Assembly (NCBI GenBank): GCA_036012755.1
Contig: DASCPX010000031.1
Span: forward strand, 28,476-92,475
DNA: 64,000 bases
DNA from: Myxococcota bacterium
GTDB taxonomy: Bacteria; Myxococcota_A; UBA796; CAJQPC01
Reading direction: 5' to 3'
Shown here: positions 1-9,586 of the stretch, one piece after another
How the letters are laid out: each line of letters begins with the position of its first letter
How positions within the stretch are numbered: the first letter of the stretch is position 1
Translations under genes and position numbers: made by a program
The notes under the pieces: generated by a model
Seen by the model: the letters and a program-made list of their open reading frames with translations, nothing else
Database searches by the model: none
Told to the model about the DNA's origin: nothing

Positions 1-1136
1 CGCGATGGGGACGCAGCACCTTCGTCATCAACTACTGGATCACGGCCCCGGCCTACGCCATCAACGGCGTGATGATCTCCCGGGAGGGAGACAGCGCCTT
101 CCCGCCCGGGATCGACGGCGACCGCGGCTTCGACGTCACGCCCGCCGTCCACGCAGAGGAGATCACCCGGATGGGCGTGGGTCTGCTGCGATCGGGATCG
201 ATGCAGAGCCAGCTCGCCAAGGGCGACTTCGATCTCATCGTGCTCCCCTTCTACGGGCACGACCAGAGCCTGCACATGCTCTACGCCGAGTGGGAGGCCG
301 CTCAGCAGCCCGAGAAGCTCGAGGGTCTGGGCGAAACGACCCGGAAGCAGATCGTGACTGGCTTCGAGATCGTCAAGGAGACGGCCAGGCTGGGGGACGA
401 CCTCGTCGGCTGGGCGATGGACTACGTCGGCGAGGACGGGTACGTCGTGCTCTTCTCGGATCATGGCCACACTCGGGCCAACCCGAACGAGCGGCGGGTG
501 GCGCTGAGTCGCTCCGTCCTCGACGGTCAGCGCGGCACGATCGAGCACGGCAGCGTCCAGCTCGAGGGCGCGACGTTGAAGATCTCCCACCGGATGTCGA
601 CGCCTGTGGTGAACCCGCTCGATTACCGGATGCGCGTGCCCGTCATCACGATCGAGAACGACCCTGACGGCACCGCGAAGGAGACCCTCCTCGCGCTCGT
701 GACTCCAAGCGGGTCACCACTGCTCACGACATACAGGGGTGGGGGCCTCACCGCTAGTCGGGAGCTCATCGACACCTGTGGGAGGACCCTGGGGAAGTAC
801 GAGGGACCGCAGTTCTCCTGCTTCGTCAACTCCGGGTCCCACGGGCTCGAGGATCTGGGCGTCTTTGGCGTCCTGGGGCCTGGCGTGGTCCCAGGCGAGA
901 CCACCGCCGAGGTGGAGACCGTCGACGTCACGCCCACCGCGCTGTGGTTGATGCGACTGCCGACGGGTGAGGACCTCGCCGGCGCGCCGGTCACGCCCTG
1001 CCTCCAGGCCCCGCCCGAGGTCGCCACCATACCGACCTACGAGACCGGCAAGCGCCCCTGGACCGCTCAGCCGCCTGGCTACCAGGACGACGTTCAGCTC
1101 CAGGAGTGGCTGAAGTCGATGGGGTACATGGACTGA
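1..1136 (+). CDS. Alkaline phosphatase/phosphodiesterase-superfamily protein, 5' partial
   Basis: Frame is open to the window edge (RWGRSTFVINYWITAPAYAINGVMIS). Contains LFSDHG, SGSH..GVFGVLGPGV, VDVTPT and the C-terminal LKSMGY tail typical of this family. Confidence 0.7.
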   Translation, partial: RWGRSTFVINYWITAPAYAINGVMISREGDSAFPPGIDGDRGFDVTPAVHAEEITRMGVGLLRSGSMQSQLAKGDFDLIVLPFYGHDQSLHMLYAEWEAAQQPEKLEGLGETTRKQIVTGFEIVKETARLGDDLVGWAMDYVGEDGYVVLFSDHGHTRANPNERRVALSRSVLDGQRGTIEHGSVQLEGATLKISHRMSTPVVNPLDYRMRVPVITIENDPDGTAKETLLALVTPSGSPLLTTYRGGGLTASRELIDTCGRTLGKYEGPQFSCFVNSGSHGLEDLGVFGVLGPGVVPGETTAEVETVDVTPTALWLMRLPTGEDLAGAPVTPCLQAPPEVATIPTYETGKRPWTAQPPGYQDDVQLQEWLKSMGYMD

Positions 1137-1140
1137 CGGC

Positions 1141-1653
1141 ATGTGGTGGATTCCGCTCGCACTCGCCGACGACCCACCCCGCGGCACGGGTGATGGCCTG
1201 CGCCAGCTCACCATCGAGGCTGGCTTCGACGAGGTCGCCGGCGCGACCGGGGCCCCGGTCTTCGTCGAGCACGCAGAGGTAAACGACAAGGGCGAGAGGG
1301 AACAGCCACCTCCACAGCATGAGACAAGGGCCGCTTCCGAGCAGGGGGGGGAGACACCTCCGGGAGGCTTCCCAGACGCCGGGCCGGCCATCGTCGGGAG
1401 CGGCTCCAGCACCGAGAAGCGAGGCTTCACCTTGCAGGTCGAGGCTCCAGCAGGGGCGACAGTGGTGGCCCACATCGGCGAGTTCGAAGCCGCGCTCTCG
1501 GAGGATTCTCCGGGTGTGCACACCGGCGAGATCGGGCGCTACCCGGTCGGGCCGGCGCTCCGAATCCGGGTCGACGATGTCGAGGTCTTCACCTCTGACA
1601 TAGAGCTCGACGACGACTCGATCCCACCGACGATGCAGGTTCGCTACCAGTAG
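1141..1653 (+). CDS. Hypothetical exported protein
   Basis: 170-aa ORF starting 4 bp after the previous stop. Short hydrophobic N-terminus MWWIPLALA, low-complexity linker, beta-rich acidic C-terminal part. Confidence 0.55.
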   Translation: MWWIPLALADDPPRGTGDGLRQLTIEAGFDEVAGATGAPVFVEHAEVNDKGEREQPPPQHETRAASEQGGETPPGGFPDAGPAIVGSGSSTEKRGFTLQVEAPAGATVVAHIGEFEAALSEDSPGVHTGEIGRYPVGPALRIRVDDVEVFTSDIELDDDSIPPTMQVRYQ

Positions 1654-2924
1654 CCGTCGGCGGACTGGAGCTGGAGCGCCTCGATGCGGGATCGATCGGT
1701 CTCCGGCGGGGCCCCGGGGCCGGTGCGAACCTCTACCATGAGCGCGCGGAGCTCCTCGGCGCGCTCCGGCTGTTCCATGACGAGGTCCTCTTCTTGCAGC
1801 GGGTCACGCTCGACGTCGTGGAGGGTGAAGGCGTCTGACCCGATGGTCGCCTCGAGGAGCCCGTCGGTGAGGCGGAGGTCCAGCGAAGAGGCGTTGTGGA
1901 GGAACCACCGGAGCGCCAGGAAGTCGCTGCCCTCCCGCAGCGACAGCATGTCTCCGAACTCCGCGTAGGCGTACGGCGCCGGGTCGGGGCCCGAGGCGAG
2001 CAGGCTGCGGCCGGTCAGTCCCGCGGGGGCCACACCCCCGACGAGCTCGGCGATGGTCGGGACCAGGTCGATGAGCTCGACGACATCGTCGACCTCGCCG
2101 CGACCGGGAGCGGGCTCGAGGATCGCGAGGGGGACCCGGACCGTGCGGTCGACGATGATGCCGTGGGTGACAGCGCCCAGGTGGTCGCTCTTCACACCCG
2201 TGCGCTCGCCGAGGGAGAGGCCGTTGGTGGAGGTGACGAAGACCCAGCGATCATCCGAGGGGAGGACATCGAGCACGCGAGAGAGCCCCTCTCCGACCGA
2301 GCGGGTGACGCGCCGGTAGTCCTCCGCGACAGCGGCGAGGTCGATGCGCTCCCGCTCGGCCTTGTCGGGCTCGGGCCTGAGCGCCACGGATGGTCGGTAT
2401 TGCAGCATGTGGAGGTCGCTGACCATCACGAGGTAGAGCCTCGGCCCGGAGTGCTCGGACCACCACGCGGCCGCCGTCTCCTCGAGCACTTCCCAGTCGC
2501 TGCTGTAGCCCTTCGTCACGTCCGCGACATAGGCACCGGTCGAATAGCCGTAGGCCTTGGCGACCTCGGCCATGCCGGTGGTCCCGGGAGGGAGGGTCGA
2601 GCACCAGGGCTGCTGTGCCGCTGGGGTCAGGCTGCTGCCGCTGACCATCGCGCAGAGCGGGATCGAGCTCGGATAGCGCCCCGTGAGCATCGAGCCGAAG
2701 GAGGTGTGGGGGGTGCAGCTCTGGGCGTAGGCGGCGCTGAAGCGAGTGCTCGGCTCGTGACCGAGCGCCTCGTAGAAGACCGCCTCGGCTCCCGGCTCGC
2801 TGGTGTCCGCCCTGAGTCCGCTCGCGACGAGGATCACGATGTCCGGCTGCTCAGCGGACCCGGCGACCCTGGCCACGGGAGGGGGCGCCTCGGGGGTCGC
2901 GCAGGCCAGGACGACGAGCAGCAT
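1644..2924 (-). CDS. Sulfatase-like lipoprotein with degenerate active site
   Basis: MLLVVLAC start; PDIVILVASGLRAD, SMLTGRYP, VRVPL, VELIDLVPTI and DPLQEEDL sulfatase-fold motifs. Confidence 0.75.
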   Translation of the reverse strand: MLLVVLACATPEAPPPVARVAGSAEQPDIVILVASGLRADTSEPGAEAVFYEALGHEPSTRFSAAYAQSCTPHTSFGSMLTGRYPSSIPLCAMVSGSSLTPAAQQPWCSTLPPGTTGMAEVAKAYGYSTGAYVADVTKGYSSDWEVLEETAAAWWSEHSGPRLYLVMVSDLHMLQYRPSVALRPEPDKAERERIDLAAVAEDYRRVTRSVGEGLSRVLDVLPSDDRWVFVTSTNGLSLGERTGVKSDHLGAVTHGIIVDRTVRVPLAILEPAPGRGEVDDVVELIDLVPTIAELVGGVAPAGLTGRSLLASGPDPAPYAYAEFGDMLSLREGSDFLALRWFLHNASSLDLRLTDGLLEATIGSDAFTLHDVERDPLQEEDLVMEQPERAEELRALMVEVRTGPGAPPETDRSRIEALQLQSADGYW

Positions 2925-3776
2925 CTACGGTGCCGTCTGTCCCCGGCCGCCATCCCCCCAACAGGAGATGCGCCCGCCGTCGCTGGCACACGCAAAGTGC
3001 GAGCCGCTGCCGACCTCGTCGAAGATGCCAGTCGGGGCGTCGCTCACCGCCCCCTCGCCATCTCCACCCCAGCAAGCGACGGTCCCGCCGGCGAGGAGCC
3101 CGCAGCCGTTGGTCACCGCGACGTCGATCTGGAGGAACTCGCCGGAGGGCGGGCTGGCCTGGGTCGCGTCGTTGCGCCCCCAGCAGTGGACCTGGCCGAG
3201 CGTGTCCAGGGCGCAGGAGAAGAAGCCCCCGACCACGAGGTGCTCCACCTCGCCGATCTCGGGGACGTCCAGCTCGCCGTAGTCGTTGCCGTCTCCCCAG
3301 CACGAGACCTCCCCGTCAACGGACAGGGCGCAGGCGTGCTCCGAGCCGATGCCGACCTCGACGAAGTCACCGCTCGGGACCTCTCCGAGGTCGCGGCCCC
3401 AACACTCGATGCCGCCTTCGAGCGTGACCCCGCAGCTCGCGCTCGTGCCCGCGTCGACATCCATGAAGCTGGTGCCAGGCGCATCGCACTGCCCCGCGGT
3501 GTCGAGCCCCCAGCACGAGGCGCGCTCGTCGCTGGTCAGCCCGCAGCTGTGGAGGACATCGCTCGAGATGGACACGAAGTCCTCTGCAGGGGCCGCGAGC
3601 TGGCCATAGGTGTCGTCGCCCCAGCAGCTGACCTCTCCATCGACGAGCGCGCAGCCGTGGTAGGAGCCCAGTGCGAGCGTACGCGCCGCAAAGGAACCCT
3701 GGGGATCGGAGACCGACGCGGAGTCACCTGTCGCAGGAGGTCCCTTTTCCGTGCAGGCGAGGAGCAACCACGACAT
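2925..3776 (-). CDS. RCC1/BLIP-II repeat lipoprotein
   Basis: Start placed at MSWLLLAC. About 7 repeats of G..H.C.L..DG...CWG....GQ. Confidence 0.85.
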   Translation of the reverse strand: MSWLLLACTEKGPPATGDSASVSDPQGSFAARTLALGSYHGCALVDGEVSCWGDDTYGQLAAPAEDFVSISSDVLHSCGLTSDERASCWGLDTAGQCDAPGTSFMDVDAGTSASCGVTLEGGIECWGRDLGEVPSGDFVEVGIGSEHACALSVDGEVSCWGDGNDYGELDVPEIGEVEHLVVGGFFSCALDTLGQVHCWGRNDATQASPPSGEFLQIDVAVTNGCGLLAGGTVACWGGDGEGAVSDAPTGIFDEVGSGSHFACASDGGRISCWGDGGRGQTAP

Positions 3777-3790
3777 GGCCAGAGGATAGG

Positions 3791-5494
3791 TCAGATGCCG
3801 AGTGGTCCAGGGGTGTACGGGAGAAGCAGACCCTCGCCGACGACCACCTCCACCTCGGCGAAGCTGTCGTCCTCCCAGGTCAGGAAGACGAGCTCGGACA
3901 GCGGGCGCTCGCTCTCTACGGCAAGGCGCGACGCACCCCCATCGCGGGTCTCCGCGACGCGGATCCTCAGCCCTTGACTCTGGACCTGGTACCCGACCTC
4001 GAGCGGGGCGAGATCGAAGTTGCGGAACAGCTGCTCGAAGAGCGCGTCCCCGATGCGCCCATCGACGATCTCGAGCTCGAAGCTGTGCTCGTCGATCCAC
4101 CTGACGCGATGATCTGTTGCGGCGAGCGACAGCGCCTGCCACTGCCGGGGCCCCGGAATGTCAGCGTAGGCGGCCTCCATCGGCAGGTACACGACGACGC
4201 CGGGATCGGCGATGCCGAGGAGGACGACGTCATCGCCGTCGTAGGCGCCGACCTCCTGCTTCAGGCGGGCGAACTCGTCATCCACGTAGAGCGAGACCCC
4301 GGTCAGGACGAACCACCCGATCGGCGCGAGGCCCAGGTGCGGGATGCCGATCAGGGCGCCGAGGACGTGCCGCTTCTGCCGGTAGAGCTTCACCATCACC
4401 ATGGCCAGGAGCGGGAAGAGGCCGACCCCGGGGACCAGCAACAGCCGCACGATGGGAAAGGTCGCCATCACGGGGATCAGGGCGAGCAGGCCGCCCGGAA
4501 CGAGCCACTTCAGCTCGGAGCAGCCCTCCTGATCCGAGAGCCAGCGCATCGCCCACCAGGCGCCGAAGAGGGAGACCACGCCACCGGCGATCAGGAAGGG
4601 AATGACCCTGGGTTCGACGAAGGCCGCGTCGGCAGGCAGACCGAGGATCTGGGCCCCCGACAGGATCGGGAAGCGAGACAGGGCCGCGAGGAGATAGGCG
4701 CCAAAGTCCGCACTGGGATCGATGTAGAGGCCCGAACCGTGGGTGCCGAAGGAGAGCCCCTTGTACAGCCCGGCCCAGGCGAGACCAAGGAGGACTGCTG
4801 GAGCCAGCCCACCCCACTTCGAGCGAGCAGGGCCCCAGACCTGGAAGGCGAAGAGCAGGGCAAAGACGCCCAGGGCGGCCTCTCCGCCTGCGAGACCGAG
4901 GGCCAGGCCGAGGACCGACAGGGGCAAGCCGGGCTTCCACCCATCACGCTGCCAGCGGATGTGGGCGATGAGGCCGAGCAGCGCCAGCACCAGGGCGATG
5001 ATGGCGTTCCGGTTGGCGATCCAGGCCGTCGGGTACCAGTGGGCCTCGTCCACCGCGAACATGAGCGCCCCCACGTAGGCGGGCAGCGCGGGCAGCACGC
5101 GGCGGTACAAGCGCCCGACCACGACGACGGCGGCGATGTACCAGAGCACCGAGTGGACGTGGTGCCAGAAAGGCTCGGCCCCGAAGATCCGGTGGTCGAG
5201 TGCGTGTGTGAGCGACGACAGGGGCCGCAAGAAGACGATTCGCAGGTCCGGATCGAGCCACCACGGCACGAGGCCAGCCTCGATGTGGGCGAGGTTGTCC
5301 CCAACGAAGAAGCGAAAGCAGCTCGGGAGGCCCCAGGGGTCTTCCCAGCCCTCGAAGTAGACGGGGAGGCGCTCGCCCTCGCCGAACCAGACATCCAGCG
5401 CCGAGAGGTGGAACCAGTCGTCGAGCATGAATGGCAGGGCAAGGGTCGGCAGCGAGACCAGAAGGGCCAGCGAGAGCGGAAGCCAGGCTCGCAT
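3791..5494 (-). CDS. Polytopic membrane protein, GT-C (PMT/TMTC-like) glycosyltransferase-like
   Basis: Start MRAWLPLS. DD motif after TM1 (MLDDWFH), FLRPLSSLTHALD, HHVHS and WIANRN, many TM helices, soluble C-terminal domain. Confidence 0.65.
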   Translation of the reverse strand: MRAWLPLSLALLVSLPTLALPFMLDDWFHLSALDVWFGEGERLPVYFEGWEDPWGLPSCFRFFVGDNLAHIEAGLVPWWLDPDLRIVFLRPLSSLTHALDHRIFGAEPFWHHVHSVLWYIAAVVVVGRLYRRVLPALPAYVGALMFAVDEAHWYPTAWIANRNAIIALVLALLGLIAHIRWQRDGWKPGLPLSVLGLALGLAGGEAALGVFALLFAFQVWGPARSKWGGLAPAVLLGLAWAGLYKGLSFGTHGSGLYIDPSADFGAYLLAALSRFPILSGAQILGLPADAAFVEPRVIPFLIAGGVVSLFGAWWAMRWLSDQEGCSELKWLVPGGLLALIPVMATFPIVRLLLVPGVGLFPLLAMVMVKLYRQKRHVLGALIGIPHLGLAPIGWFVLTGVSLYVDDEFARLKQEVGAYDGDDVVLLGIADPGVVVYLPMEAAYADIPGPRQWQALSLAATDHRVRWIDEHSFELEIVDGRIGDALFEQLFRNFDLAPLEVGYQVQSQGLRIRVAETRDGGASRLAVESERPLSELVFLTWEDDSFAEVEVVVGEGLLLPYTPGPLGI

Positions 5495-5499
5495 GCCCT

Positions 5500-6411
5500 T
5501 CAAGACAGCGCCTCGGCCATGCCCTCGGCGATCGAACGGCTCCGGTAGCCGAGGTCTCGCTCCGCGGCAGAGTCGTCGTACTCGACCCACACGGGGACCG
5601 GGACCGGGACGATGAAGCCCCCGCCGATCCGAGACTTCATGGTCTTGAGCGCTTCATAGGGAGAGACGCTGCCACCAGCGCAGTTGTATGGGCGGCCGAT
5701 GCTGGTCTCGTTCTCCAGGGCACCGGCGACCGCCGTCGCGACATCCCCCACGTGCACGTGGGGTGCTCGAAAGGTCGGAGCAAACACCAGGCGTCTCTGC
5801 AGGTAGCTCCGGTAGCGCGGGATGAACTTGTGGTCGCGCGAGCCGTAGATCGGGCCTGGACGCAGGGCTGTCAGCTGCAGGCCGGAGTGGGCCGCGATCT
5901 CCCAGGCGCGCTCTTCCCCGAGCTGCTTGGAGAACATGTACTTGGGGTTCGTCGTGAGCGCCCCCAGCGACCACCGCGCCTGGCGCAGGTTGTTCAGCTT
6001 GGGGTGGTCTTCGCCCATGCGCGTAAACGGCCGAACCGCGTACACCCCGACCGTCGAGATGAGCACGACCCGCCGAATCGAAGCCATCGAGGCACCGTGG
6101 AGCTGGTTGGTGCAGCCTGTGACGTTGGCGCGCTCGTAGTCCTGCCAGGAGGGATCCACCCCCCGGACACTGAGGGCGGCGTTGGCGACCACGGCGTCGC
6201 AGCCCTCGAAAGCGCGGGCGAGGCCCTCTGGCTCCATGATGTCGCCCTGCGCGAGCTCGACCCCCCACTTCGAGGCCATCCACCGGCCCTTCTCCGGGCT
6301 GCGAACTACCGCCCGGACCCGAGCACCACGGCCAACGAGGACCTCTGTGATGTGCCCGCCGAGAAAACCGGTCGCGCCCGTCACCGCGATGAGTCGACCC
6401 GAGAGCTCCAC
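5500..6411 (-). CDS. NAD-dependent epimerase/dehydratase (extended SDR)
   Basis: TGATGFLG Rossmann motif, YMFSK (YxxxK), LRPGPIYG, HVGDVA. Confidence 0.9.
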   Translation of the reverse strand: MELSGRLIAVTGATGFLGGHITEVLVGRGARVRAVVRSPEKGRWMASKWGVELAQGDIMEPEGLARAFEGCDAVVANAALSVRGVDPSWQDYERANVTGCTNQLHGASMASIRRVVLISTVGVYAVRPFTRMGEDHPKLNNLRQARWSLGALTTNPKYMFSKQLGEERAWEIAAHSGLQLTALRPGPIYGSRDHKFIPRYRSYLQRRLVFAPTFRAPHVHVGDVATAVAGALENETSIGRPYNCAGGSVSPYEALKTMKSRIGGGFIVPVPVPVWVEYDDSAAERDLGYRSRSIAEGMAEALS

Positions 6412-6445
6412 CGGCGGACGTTACCCTTGATGGGCCGGAGCCCAA

Positions 6446-6601
6446 CTGAACGACGCCGACTGGCTTCGCAAGCACCTGCGCGGAAAGGTGCAGCGAACCG
6501 CGCACGAGACCGAGTCCGAGGGACTCAAGGGCCGGGTGCGCAAGCTCGTCGCGCGGATCCTCCAGAAGGTATACAGACGCTCCTCGAAGGAGTCCCGATG
6601 A
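6446..6601 (+). CDS. Small basic hypothetical protein (51 aa from CTG 6446, or 37 aa from GTG 6488)
   Basis: Not in the ORF track. Reads LNDADWLRKHLRGKVQ...RKLVARILQKVYRRSSKESR, GC3-rich codons, GGAG 5 nt upstream of the CTG, stop overlaps the next start (ATGA). Confidence 0.5.
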   Translation: MNDADWLRKHLRGKVQRTAHETESEGLKGRVRKLVARILQKVYRRSSKESR

Positions 6602-6906
6602 GCAAGGTCCGCCAGATCTTCCAGACGATGCCAGAGCGGTACCAGCCCGGCCAGCTGAGCGCCACCAAGAGCTACTACTTCTCAGTGGGTGACGAGAAGT
6701 GGTCGGTCACCTGCCACCCGGATCACTGCGAAGCGGTCGAGGGCAGGACGGGCGACGCCGACGTCGTGCTGAAGTGCGACCCCAAGCTCTTCGAGAAGAT
6801 GGTGCTCCACGGCAAGATGCCGGGCCCGCTGGACATCGCCCGGGGCAAGATCAAGACCAACGACCCCGGCGCCCTGCAGCAGATGATGAGTCTCTTCAAG
6901 ATGTGA
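6598..6906 (+). CDS. SCP2 sterol/lipid-binding domain protein
   Basis: GAAGGAG RBS. 102 aa with YYFSVG..W, EG...DADVVL and GKIKTND, matching the SCP2 pattern. Confidence 0.75.
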   Translation: MSKVRQIFQTMPERYQPGQLSATKSYYFSVGDEKWSVTCHPDHCEAVEGRTGDADVVLKCDPKLFEKMVLHGKMPGPLDIARGKIKTNDPGALQQMMSLFKM

Positions 6907-8594
6907 TCAGGCGGCTCTGCGAGTCCCGCAAAGCCCCACTGCTGCCGGCGCTGATCAGCACCGTCCTATGCCTGCCGGCGCTCCGTACCGGCTTCTTCGT
7001 CGACGACTGGGTCCACCGCCTCAAGATCCTGGGCGCGCCGGGCTGGGAGACAGGGCTGCATCCGGCCCTCGAGATGTTCTCCTTCATGAAGCCGGGGGCG
7101 ACCAACGACCTGCTGATCTCCAAGGGCATCCTGCCCTGGTACAGCCACCCCGAGGTGCGGGCCGCGCTGTTTCGGCCCCTGTCCTCGATGACTCACGTGC
7201 TCGACTGGCGGGTCTTCGGCGATGCCGCCGTCATGCACCACCTCCACAGCCTGGCCTGGTGGTTCCTCGGCGCGCTCTTCGTCGGGCTGCTCCTGAGGCG
7301 CAGCGTAGGCGGCACGGCCGCAGGGCTCGCCGCTCTGCTCTACGTCCTCGACGCTCACGCGATGCCGATCGCCTGGGTGGCGAACCGGAACGCGCTGATC
7401 TGTCTCGCCTTCGGGGCTGCGACGGTGTGGACGCTCATCCGCTGGCGGGAAGGCCGGGGCTCGCTGCTGCTTCCATGGACCCTCGCCGGCGTCGGGCTCC
7501 TGGCGGGCGAGGCGACCCTTGGCGGCCTCGCCTATGTGGTGGCGTGGCAGCTCACAGAGGACCGACCGTGGAAGGAGCGCCTCCTCCCACTGGCGCCCTA
7601 CACCCTCCTGGTCCTCGGATGGCGAGCCCTCTACTCCCACCTCGGCTACGGCGCCGCGGGATCGGGGCTCTACATCGATCCGGCCAGGCAGCCCCTCGAC
7701 TTCCTGCAAGCCGTCGTCGAGCGTGGCCCCATCCTGATGCTGGCCCAGACCTTCCAGGTGCCGGTCGATCTGTGGATTCTCTGCCCCGATCGGCCCACCT
7801 CGCCCTGACCGCTGCCGGCTTCGCCACGTGCGCGCTCCTGATCTGGCTGTTCTGGCCTCTACGAAACGACCGTCGCGCCCGCTTCCTCGCCCTCGGCTCC
7901 TTCGGATCGCTGGTCCCCCTCTGCGCCGCCTTCCCGATGGACCGCCTCCTGATCTTCGCCGGGATCGGCTTCTTTGGCCTGCTCGCGCTTCGCTGGGAGC
8001 TCCACCGCGGGCGCGTGGCCGCCGTGCTGCTGTTGTTGGCCGGCCCCTGGTCGGCGCTGATGCTGCCGCTGCGTGCCGGCACGGTGGACCTGATGATGCG
8101 GGGCCTGGTAGCACCCGCTCTCGAGCCATCCACCGGGTCCAGAAGCGCCCGGGGAGACCTGGATCTTCGTGACCGGGCACGAGTTCACGACCTTCTACGT
8201 TCCGATCGTGCCGACGCTGCGCGGTGAACCAGCTCCGGCTGCCGTCGGGCTGCTCGCGACCTCCAGCCGGGATGTGTACGTGGAGCGCCTCGACGACCAC
8301 ACGCTGTCACTGGAGGTCGAACGGGGATGGCTCCACGGCACTGGCGAGCGCATCGCCCGGGACACGACGCCCTTCGTCCTGGACGAGGGCATCCAGCGCC
8401 CTGGCTTCACGGCCTACGTCAGGGCCGTGACCGCCGACGGTCGGCCCGAGACGGTGGACTTCGTCTTCGACGAGGTCCTGGAGCACCACAGCACGCGCCT
8501 GCTCTACTTCGAAGAGGGGAGCATCGAGCTCTTCTCGCCCCCACCCATCGGCGAGGTCGTGACGCTGGAGTCGAACCTGCCAGGCATCCGTTAG
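6903..8594 (+). pseudogene. GT-C-like membrane protein, paralog of 3791-5494, with two frameshifts (about 7781 and 8125-8135)
   Basis: GTGA overlap start. FVDDWVH, LFRPLSSMTHVLD, WVANRN and GSGLYIDP match the paralog. Coding continues in a second frame (PRSAHLAL...FPMDRLL), then returns to the first (ETWIFVTGHEF...). May be sequencing error. Confidence 0.75.
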
Positions 8595-8603
8595 ACCTGG
8601 GAC

Positions 8604-9293
8604 ATGCTCATCCTCCTCGCGCTGGCATGCTCCAACCAGCCCGACCAACCCGACCAACCCGAACGCACCGGGCGCTCCAAGCGGTCCAAGAAGGGCGGCA
8701 AGGGCGGCAAGGGCGGCAAGGGCGGCAAGGGCGGCAAGGGCGGCAAGGGCGAAGGGACTGAGGCCTCGACCGACGGGACCGTCCCGATCGCCGACGCGAC
8801 CCTGGCTGGATCGATGCGGCTGGACCCCGGCACCTCGACGGTGGGCTTCAAGGGCCACAAGCTCACGGGCTCGCACGAGGGCCAGTTCAACGGGATCTCA
8901 GGGACCGCCTTGGTCGACCGGGGCAGGCTCGTGATGCTCTCGGGAGAGATCGAGCTCGCCAGCGTGAAGACCGACAAGATCAAGCTCGACACCCACCTGA
9001 TGGGCGAGGACTTCTTCGACGTGGCGAAGTTCCCGAGGGCGACCTTCGAGACGACCTCGGTCGAGCAAGGGGACGGCGGCTACATCATCACCGGCGACCT
9101 CGATCTGCACGGCGTCATCGAGGAGGTGAGCTTCCCGGCCACGGTCAGCGTAGGGGGACAAGCCGTCGAGATCGACGCCCAGTTCGAGCTCGACCGCCAA
9201 CTCTGGGGCGTGTCCTACCCAGGCAAGCCCGACGACCTCATCCAGGACGACGTGGGCATCACGCTCGAGTTGACCTTCACCGCGGGTGGCTGA
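8604..9293 (+). CDS. YceI family lipid/polyisoprenoid-binding lipoprotein
   Basis: MLILLALAC; STVGFKG, HEGQF, LDTHLMGEDFFDVAKFPRATF, GDLDLHGV. Confidence 0.9.
   Translation: MLILLALACSNQPDQPDQPERTGRSKRSKKGGKGGKGGKGGKGGKGGKGEGTEASTDGTVPIADATLAGSMRLDPGTSTVGFKGHKLTGSHEGQFNGISGTALVDRGRLVMLSGEIELASVKTDKIKLDTHLMGEDFFDVAKFPRATFETTSVEQGDGGYIITGDLDLHGVIEEVSFPATVSVGGQAVEIDAQFELDRQLWGVSYPGKPDDLIQDDVGITLELTFTAGG
8691..8750 (+). repeat. 9-bp tandem repeat AAGGGCGGC, 6 full copies plus a partial (KGG repeats)
   Basis: Read directly; in frame within the YceI gene. Confidence 0.95.
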
Positions 9294-9352
9294 CCAGCTC
9301 TTCGAGAGCCTGGAGCGCCATCGGGGCAGCCACCTGGGCGCCGACTACGTGG

Positions 9353-9586
9353 TCATCGCCCGGCCAGTCTCGTGACCAGAAACAGCTCGCCCAGCTCCAG
9401 CTTCAGCTCCGAGCCCGGCTCGATGACGAGGGAGTAGGTCTCGTCGTCGTCCTCGACCACGAGACCGCAGTCCACGAGGTCTGCGAGGCTCATCGTGGCG
9501 CTCTCGTCGTCCAGTGTCCCAGCCATGTCGGCCCGGAACCGGCTGACGATCTCGCCACCCTCCAGGCGAAAGTCCAAGAGCAACAC
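9353..9586 (-). CDS. Small acidic hypothetical protein (77 aa), possibly a remnant
   Basis: Protein-like composition (LLLDFRLEGGEIVSRF...YSLVIEPGSELKLELGELFLV). In-frame TGA at 9602-9604 limits upstream extension. Confidence 0.45.
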   Translation of the reverse strand: MLLLDFRLEGGEIVSRFRADMAGTLDDESATMSLADLVDCGLVVEDDDETYSLVIEPGSELKLELGELFLVTRLAGR

